From Vibrio cholerae ATCC 14035 (lineage in GTDB: Bacteria; Pseudomonadota; Gammaproteobacteria; Enterobacterales; Vibrionaceae), in the NCBI RefSeq assembly GCF_000621645.1, contig NZ_KK211324.1, positions 28,921 through 60,920 of the forward strand: 32,000 bases of DNA. Direction: 5' to 3'. Numbering within the stretch: the first letter of the stretch is position 1; each line of letters begins with the position of its first letter. The translations under genes were made by a program, and so were the position numbers. Below are positions 26,167-32,000 of the stretch, one piece after another. The notes under the pieces are model-generated. The model was given only the letters and a program-made list of their open reading frames with translations. It was not told the DNA's origin and did not search any database.

Positions 26167-26587
26167 AGGTGAAAACATCACGCTAAATGCTGCTCTGTGG
26201 AGGTATCAGGAGGAAGGTTTATCGCCAAAAAACTGTTGGTCTTGCCATAAGATTTGTCACTCCACTGGCAAGACGCCCGATGAAGCGACATCCATCGGCA
26301 CAGAATGCCAATGACGCTCACTGAATTTGACTTGGGGAATAGGCTCAAACGAATGGCCATTAATGGCGATGAGAAGTTAAACGGTTAGTGAGTACATAGA
26401 CATCGTTCGATGTGATTGGCGGTGTTTTTCAGTCAGAAGGATTCGAGAGATAAAGCGGCGCGCCCTCCCCTCTAAACCGTGATAAAGCCAGTTCGGAGAA
26501 AGAAGGCGCAAGTTCGCTCTATCCCCTTCTTACCGGTCATTCCAAGTCATTTGGGGATAGAGAGATGAGATTGATCGTAGACGAGCG

Positions 26588-28147
26588 TTACAGTAAACGA
26601 ACCACCGAAGGATGCACCGAGCGGTACATGGCGTAATCAATGGATTTTAAGTTGGAGTGGAACACCAAGTTTTCGCACAGCAGATAAGTTTCCAGCGACG
26701 TGTCCATATAAAACGCTTCACTGTAGGCATCGCTTGCGCCATCCAGATCGCCTTTGAGTTCAGCGTGCTTGCCTTGCAGCACATATGAAAGCACCGATTC
26801 CCGCAAACCCTGAGCTTGCGCCAAATAGCGCGTGGCCGCTTCCACTTGGTTTTCGACTGTCGCTTGCAGTGCTAACGCCTCATAAATGCGTGGCTGCACT
26901 ACCGCTTGAGGGGAATAACTCACCTGCTGCAACTGCTCACTCAACACCAGCATGCGATCTTGATTGAGCGCCTGATCTGGGCTGAGCGCTTGCTGCACAT
27001 GGTAGGCAATCAGTAATTCGGCTTGGACATAATGGTTGTCCGGCTCTAATTTCAGCACTTGCTCCAATAAATAAATGCCTTTTTGGAACTGCTGACGATC
27101 GGCAACGTTCAAATAATGATTGGCGCGCACATACAGCCCTAACGCCGCAGGTTGACGCGGAAAATCCACCAACAAACGCTGTGCTTGCTGCTCTGCATTC
27201 GGGATTTTCAACGCTTGCATTACATCCCACTCGGCACTTTTCAGCACAGAGGCCAGATGCTGGCTATCGAGCGGGTATTGGCGACTAAACAGCACCGCAT
27301 CGGAAGAGTTGTTCTTAAGCTCAAGATCTAAAAACTCATGGCCGTCTTTGTCATTGACTCGCACCATGATTGACTTACCGGGCAAAATGCCTGAGCTGTA
27401 AGCCGTTTTACCGAGAATCACCCGATAATCACTCACTTGGGTCAGATCGGCCATCAGCTTTTGTGCGATACCATCGGCAAGCTCATGCGTGAGCGCCTGA
27501 GCATGAAAACCGTCTTGGAATTTAAATTCAATCAGATGGGTATCCACCACTTGAGTGATGCGCACTTGCGACTGCTGCACAGTAAAAAAGCCCATCGCTA
27601 CAATCACTAAGCCAATCCAGATCGCATTGAGCAGATTTAAGCGCCAACGGCTCACATTCGGCTTGCTTGATTTCTTCGGCTGCTGACTTTGGCATACAGC
27701 GCGCGTTAACGGGCCGGCAGGAAATACGATCTCGGGAACGGCGTCTTCCACGTCGTCGATATCGTCCGCCAAACAGACATCACTGGCTGTCGACTCTTCT
27801 TGGCGAGAAACATAGGGATTGCCATCGAGACGCTGCACATTCGCGACTAACTTATAGCCACGCTTAGGCACCGTCACCACATAGCTGAGGTTTTCTTCGC
27901 GTCCATCGCGCAATAGCTTACGCAACTCAAAAATGGATTGAGTGACCACTTGGTCGGTGACAATCGCCCCGTCCCAGACATGTTGAATGAGTTCCTCACG
28001 GCCGAATACCTCTCCGGCATGCTCCGCAAGAAAATGCAGCAAGTTAATAAGACGCGGCTCGGCCGAGACCTCCCTATCTTGGCGATACAGCTTATTCTCA
28101 TCAATGCACAGAACCCAGTCATTGATTTGAAAACAGATTCCAATCAT
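26588..28147 (-). CDS. cadC: ToxR-like membrane-bound transcriptional activator CadC
   Basis: It has an N-terminal OmpR/PhoB-type winged helix (EPRLINLLHFLAEHAGEVFGREELIQHVWDG versus E. coli EPRLIDLLVFFAQHSGEVLSRDELIDNVW). It also has a single TM segment (LLNAIWIGLVIVAMGFFTV) and a periplasmic domain. I trimmed the start from 28213 to the ATG at 28147 (MIGICFQINDW...). Confidence 0.92.
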   Translation of the reverse strand: MIGICFQINDWVLCIDENKLYRQDREVSAEPRLINLLHFLAEHAGEVFGREELIQHVWDGAIVTDQVVTQSIFELRKLLRDGREENLSYVVTVPKRGYKLVANVQRLDGNPYVSRQEESTASDVCLADDIDDVEDAVPEIVFPAGPLTRAVCQSQQPKKSSKPNVSRWRLNLLNAIWIGLVIVAMGFFTVQQSQVRITQVVDTHLIEFKFQDGFHAQALTHELADGIAQKLMADLTQVSDYRVILGKTAYSSGILPGKSIMVRVNDKDGHEFLDLELKNNSSDAVLFSRQYPLDSQHLASVLKSAEWDVMQALKIPNAEQQAQRLLVDFPRQPAALGLYVRANHYLNVADRQQFQKGIYLLEQVLKLEPDNHYVQAELLIAYHVQQALSPDQALNQDRMLVLSEQLQQVSYSPQAVVQPRIYEALALQATVENQVEAATRYLAQAQGLRESVLSYVLQGKHAELKGDLDGASDAYSEAFYMDTSLETYLLCENLVFHSNLKSIDYAMYRSVHPSVVRLL

Positions 28148-28276
28148 AGAATAGCTCTTTGTATCAGGAAGATAGCATCGGTAAGAGGCAGAATATGCTC
28201 GAGCACCACACACCGATGAAGAGCGAAATTATAAGTGCACCAATCTATTTCACCTACTATTGATAAGGCTAAAAAT

Positions 28277-28293
28277 TGCAAACTTAGGTTGTT
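28277..28293. promoter_or_regulatory. Candidate LysR-type (AphB-like) site in the cadC promoter
   Basis: TGCAA-acttagg-TTGTT resembles the partial-dyad TGCAA-N7-TTGCA that I recall for AphB. It lies 130-146 bp upstream of the cadC start. Confidence 0.3.
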
Positions 28294-28373
28294 TAACCAT
28301 CAGACAACGTCATTCCTAGTGGTAAAAACTAAATTACCCTTATCAATCAGAATATAAATTAGGCGTTATTTCT

Positions 28374-28772
28374 CTACTCTAACGCGGCTAAAATCGAGCA
28401 GTGGCTGGCATTATCTTCGACATGTCCACAGCAGGCATCATTGATTTTTTTCAGCGCGCTGCGAATACGGGTCAGCTCTTCAATCTTTTGGTCGATCACC
28501 GCCAGCTTAGCGCTGGTGATCGCTTTCACCTCGGCGCAGCTGTGTTCGGTCGCTTCCAAACGAATTTCCAGCAGCTCTTTAATCTCTTCGAGGCTCAGCC
28601 CTAACTCTTTGGCTTTTAAAATAAACGTGACTTGTTGCTGGCTCTTTTCATCGTACAGTCGATAGCCCGACTCGGTGCGCGTTGCCGGAGCAATCAGCTC
28701 ATTTTTTTCATAGAAACGCAGTGTATCGGTGGAAACGCCGCAGCGTTTGGCTAACTCTCCAATCTGAAACAT
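28374..28772 (-). CDS. zntR: MerR-family Zn(II)-responsive regulator ZntR
   Basis: MFQIGELAKRCGVSTDTLRFYEK...INDACCGHVEDNASHCSILAALE parallels E. coli ZntR, including the metal ligands (CC..H....C). The ATG at 28772 is preceded by GGAGGAGGAGGAG. The ORF track begins at the GTG at 28775. Confidence 0.85.
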   Translation of the reverse strand: MFQIGELAKRCGVSTDTLRFYEKNELIAPATRTESGYRLYDEKSQQQVTFILKAKELGLSLEEIKELLEIRLEATEHSCAEVKAITSAKLAVIDQKIEELTRIRSALKKINDACCGHVEDNASHCSILAALE

Positions 28773-28873
28773 CACTCCTCCTCCTCCCTGACTACTTGGA
28801 GTAGTTTGGGGAAATTTAAGCTTTCGTTAAAATTTGTGCTTGAAAAACCGTTTTTTAGCGATTATTTTTCCCA

Positions 28874-28889
28874 TGCCAAACGATTGCGC
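28874..28889. promoter_or_regulatory. Candidate PurR box upstream of purHD
   Basis: The reverse complement GCGCAATCGTTTGGCA shares the core CGCAA-CGTTT with the PurR consensus ACGCAAACGTTTTCNT. Several flanking positions mismatch. Confidence 0.35.
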
Positions 28890-29060
28890 GAGATCTTTTG
28901 TAATAAATTGGTTAGAATACGCGCCATTCAAATCGCGGCGGATAAGGTATTTCCCCAAATAGCTCTGTTGTTTTTTGCGCGGTGAGGCTTTGCAGCGAGC
29001 TTCCCCAACACCGCACAGCAGATCACTTTCGGCAAATATCTTTTAAAGGAAAATGGAAGC

Positions 29061-30653
29061 ATGAACAACGCTCGTCCTATTCACCGTGCGCTTCTCAGCG
29101 TATCAGATAAAACCGGCATTGTTGAGTTCGCAAAAGCGCTTGCAGAGCGCGGCGTTGAACTTCTCTCCACCGGTGGCACCGCTCGTCTATTGGCTGAGCA
29201 AGGCCTGACGGTAACGGAAGTCTCCGATTACACCGGTTTCCCAGAAATGATGGACGGACGCGTCAAAACCCTGCATCCGAAAGTGCATGGCGGTATTTTA
29301 GGCCGTCGCGGCCAAGATGACGCGGTGATGAATACCCACGGCATTCAGCCAATCGATATGGTGGTGGTGAACCTCTATCCTTTCGCCCAAACGGTAGCTA
29401 ACCCAAATTGCACGCTGGCTGATGCGGTGGAAAACATCGATATCGGCGGGCCGACTATGGTGCGTTCTGCTGCAAAAAACCATAAAGATGTGGCCATTGT
29501 GGTGAATGCGCACGATTACGACCGTGTGATCCGCGAAATGGATGCCAACCACAACTCCCTGACGTTAGCGACGCGTTTTGATCTGGCGATTGCCGCTTTT
29601 GAACATACCGCGGCGTACGATGGCATGATTGCGAACTACTTCGGCACACTCGTACCTTCTTATGGTGATAACAAAGAAGGGGATGAAGAGAGCAAATTCC
29701 CTCGCACGTTCAATGCGCAGTTCATCAAAAAGCAAGATATGCGTTATGGCGAAAACAGCCACCAAGCGGCCGCGTTTTATGTAGAAGCCAATCCACAAGA
29801 AGCCTCAGTCGCCACCGCGCGCCAAATTCAAGGTAAAGCCCTTTCTTACAACAACATTGCCGATACCGATGCCGCACTAGAGTGCGTCAAAGAGTTCAGC
29901 GAGCCAGCCTGTGTGATTGTGAAACACGCGAACCCATGTGGTGTAGCGCTGGGCGATGATCTTCTGCAAGCTTACAATCGCGCTTACCAAACCGACCCAA
30001 CCTCGGCATTTGGCGGCATCATTGCCTTTAACCGCGAGCTGGATGGCGAAACCGCAAGAGCGATCATCGAGCGTCAGTTTGTGGAAGTGATCATTGCGCC
30101 GAAAGTCTCGCAAGCCGCGATCGACATCGTCGCAGCAAAACAAAACGTACGTTTGCTGGAGTGTGGTGAATGGCAAGGCCAAACCACAGGATTTGATTTG
30201 AAGCGCGTGAATGGTGGCTTATTGGTGCAAGATCGTGACCAAGGCATGGTGGCACAAGATGACCTACAAGTGGTTTCGACTCGTCAACCTAGCGACGCTG
30301 AGCTGAAAGATGCTCTGTTCTGCTGGAAAGTAGCGAAATACGTGAAATCCAACGCGATTGTGTACGCCAAAGGCGACATGGCCATCGGCATCGGCGCGGG
30401 TCAAATGAGCCGTGTTTACTCCGCGAAAATCGCCGGCATCAAAGCCGCCGATGAAGGCTTGGAAGTCGCGGGCAGCGTGATGGCATCGGATGCCTTCTTC
30501 CCCTTCCGTGATGGGATTGATGCTGCGGCCGAAGCGGGCATTACCTGTGTTATCCAACCGGGCGGCTCAATGCGCGACCAAGAGGTGATTGATGCGGCCA
30601 ACGAACACGGTATGGCGATGATCTTCACCGGTATGCGTCACTTCCGTCATTAA
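29061..30653 (+). CDS. purH: Bifunctional AICAR transformylase / IMP cyclohydrolase
   Basis: 530 aa. It begins [33 protein letters not shown] and ends ...[11 protein letters not shown], the canonical PurH termini. Confidence 0.97.
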   Translation: MNNARPIHRALLSVSDKTGIVEFAKALAERGVELLSTGGTARLLAEQGLTVTEVSDYTGFPEMMDGRVKTLHPKVHGGILGRRGQDDAVMNTHGIQPIDMVVVNLYPFAQTVANPNCTLADAVENIDIGGPTMVRSAAKNHKDVAIVVNAHDYDRVIREMDANHNSLTLATRFDLAIAAFEHTAAYDGMIANYFGTLVPSYGDNKEGDEESKFPRTFNAQFIKKQDMRYGENSHQAAAFYVEANPQEASVATARQIQGKALSYNNIADTDAALECVKEFSEPACVIVKHANPCGVALGDDLLQAYNRAYQTDPTSAFGGIIAFNRELDGETARAIIERQFVEVIIAPKVSQAAIDIVAAKQNVRLLECGEWQGQTTGFDLKRVNGGLLVQDRDQGMVAQDDLQVVSTRQPSDAELKDALFCWKVAKYVKSNAIVYAKGDMAIGIGAGQMSRVYSAKIAGIKAADEGLEVAGSVMASDAFFPFRDGIDAAAEAGITCVIQPGGSMRDQEVIDAANEHGMAMIFTGMRHFRH

Positions 30654-30711
30654 TTGGCATGATTGGTATGGGGTGCAACGCGCCCCATCTTGTTTAAGTA
30701 AGGATTTCACA

Positions 30712-32000
30712 ATGCAAGTTCTCATCATCGGCTCTGGCGGTCGCGAACACGCACTGGCGTGGAAAGTGGCACAAAACCCACAAGTTGACACTATTTACGT
30801 CGCGCCCGGCAATGCGGGTACTGCCCTTGAGCACAAGGTGCAAAACGTCAACATTGGCATCACCGACATTCCAGCACTGGTTGCCTTTGCTCAAGATAAA
30901 GCGATTGAGCTGACCATCGTTGGCCCAGAAGCACCACTGGTGATTGGTGTGGTCGATGCGTTTCGCGCTGCAGGTTTACCGATTTTTGGCCCCACCCAAG
31001 GCGCGGCGCAACTAGAAGGCTCCAAAGCCTTCACTAAAGATTTCCTCGCTCGCCATCACATTCCAACAGCGGCTTACGCCAACTTCACTGAAATTGAGCC
31101 AGCTCTGGCTTATGTGCGTAAAAAAGGTGCGCCGATTGTCGTGAAAGCCGACGGTTTAGCGGCGGGCAAAGGCGTAATTGTTGCGATGACTCTGCAAGAG
31201 GCCGAAAACGCAATTCAAGACATGCTAGCTGGCAATGCCTTTGGTTCAGCAGGCAGCCGTGTGGTGGTTGAAGAATTCCTTGATGGAGAGGAAGCGAGCT
31301 TTATCGTGATGGTTGATGGTGAAAACGTCCTGCCTATGGCCACCAGCCAAGATCACAAACGCGTGGGCGATGCCGATACTGGCCCGAACACCGGCGGTAT
31401 GGGTGCTTACTCACCAGCGCCAGTGGTGACACAGGACGTCCATGATCGCGTAATGCGTGAAGTGATTTACCCAACCGTGCGCGGCATGGCAGCCGAAGGC
31501 AACACCTACACAGGCTTCCTCTACGCGGGTTTGATGATAGATAGCACTGGTGCACCGAAAGTGATTGAGTACAACTGCCGCTTTGGTGACCCAGAAACCC
31601 AACCGATCATGATGCGTCTGCAATCGGATCTGGTTGAGCTGTGCCAAGCAGCAATTGCGGGCAAACTGGATCAAGTGGAATCGAAGTGGGATCCACGCGC
31701 CTCGATCGGTGTGGTTCTCGCCGCTGGCGGCTACCCTGGCGATTACACCAAAGGTGAGGTGATTTCAGGTCTACCGACTCAAGAAAGCGCAGGACAAAAA
31801 GTGTTCCACGCAGGCACCGAAACCCAAGGCGACCAAGTGGTTACGAATGGCGGTCGCGTATTGTGTGCCACGGCGCTGGGCAATACCGTATTAGAAGCGC
31901 AGCAACGCGCTTACCAACTGGCGGATCAAATCCACTGGAATGGTATGTTCTGCCGCCGCGATATCGGTTATCGCGCGATTGCGCGTGAGCAAGCCAAGTA
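30712..32000 (+). CDS. purD: Phosphoribosylamine-glycine ligase (essentially complete; the stop codon is cut by the window end)
   Basis: This gene is not in the ORF track because no stop codon falls inside the window. The ATG at 30712 gives MQVLIIGSGGREHALAWKV... There are 429 codons in frame, ending ...AREQAK followed by the partial stop 'ta'. The ATP-grasp motifs are typical of PurD. Confidence 0.93.
   Translation, partial: MQVLIIGSGGREHALAWKVAQNPQVDTIYVAPGNAGTALEHKVQNVNIGITDIPALVAFAQDKAIELTIVGPEAPLVIGVVDAFRAAGLPIFGPTQGAAQLEGSKAFTKDFLARHHIPTAAYANFTEIEPALAYVRKKGAPIVVKADGLAAGKGVIVAMTLQEAENAIQDMLAGNAFGSAGSRVVVEEFLDGEEASFIVMVDGENVLPMATSQDHKRVGDADTGPNTGGMGAYSPAPVVTQDVHDRVMREVIYPTVRGMAAEGNTYTGFLYAGLMIDSTGAPKVIEYNCRFGDPETQPIMMRLQSDLVELCQAAIAGKLDQVESKWDPRASIGVVLAAGGYPGDYTKGEVISGLPTQESAGQKVFHAGTETQGDQVVTNGGRVLCATALGNTVLEAQQRAYQLADQIHWNGMFCRRDIGYRAIAREQAK

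Noticed and set aside
26178-26360. A 60-aa minus-strand ORF between cadC and cadB.
   Set aside because: It has no Shine-Dalgarno sequence and no recognisable domain. It spans the terminator-like hairpin at 26239-26274. The region is more consistent with non-coding RNA or a UTR.
26400-26570. Possible lysine riboswitch (L-box) on the minus strand. GATAGAGCGAACTT and GAGGGGAGGGCGCGCCG faintly resemble L-box segments (AUAGAGGUGCGAACUU and GGGGAGCGUCGCCGAAG).
   Set aside because: I could not find other conserved L-box elements (GAGUA loop E, CUGAAAGG, CUGUCA closing P1). The element lies more than 500 nt upstream of cadB, with promoter DNA in between. A covariance-model search would be needed, so I do not claim it.
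28786-28860. An imperfect inverted repeat CCCTGACTAC-ttgga-GTAGTTTGGG just upstream of zntR, and a possible promoter TTCAAG-N19-TTAAAT with MerR-style 19-bp spacing.
   Set aside because: The inverted repeat lies downstream of the putative promoter rather than between its -35 and -10 elements. The hexamers are weak. It is more likely a 5'-UTR hairpin or a coincidence.

Overview
The window looks like Vibrio cholerae chromosome I, judged from gene content and order recalled from memory with no database search. It has two parts.

(1) Positions 1 to about 11.6 kb are the integrase-proximal end of an integrative genomic island. All of its genes are on the minus strand.
- It starts with a type I-E CRISPR array of 28-bp repeats and 33-bp spacers, cut off by the window start.
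- A complete cas operon follows in the order cas3-cse1-cse2-cas6e-cas7-cas5-cas1-cas2.
- An AT-rich cas3 control region comes next, then a tightly coupled integrase-Fic gene pair.
- This matches what I recall as the GI-24 CRISPR-Cas island of classical-biotype V. cholerae, so the CRISPR-Cas system itself is probably already described.

(2) Positions from about 11.7 kb to 32 kb are ordinary core genes.
- gntR, and the divergent Entner-Doudoroff/gluconate operons edd-gntK and gntP-eda with clear GntR operators.
- A Fur-box-preceded TonB-dependent receptor with a PepSY membrane protein.
- A Cache-domain chemoreceptor.
- The acid-tolerance locus cadC-cadB-cadA, then zntR and purH-purD. purD runs to the window end.

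I found no convincing unannotated multi-gene system. The parts least explained by the gene calls are:
- the int-fic module beside the CRISPR-Cas genes;
- the 43-bp CRISPR leader bracketed by a direct repeat;
- a strict pyrimidine at the first position of every spacer;
- a CATGTACCCC motif triplet and an orphan terminator at the island/core junction;
- tandem terminator-like hairpins between cadB and cadA;
- a roughly 400-nt structured, ORF-poor region downstream of cadC.
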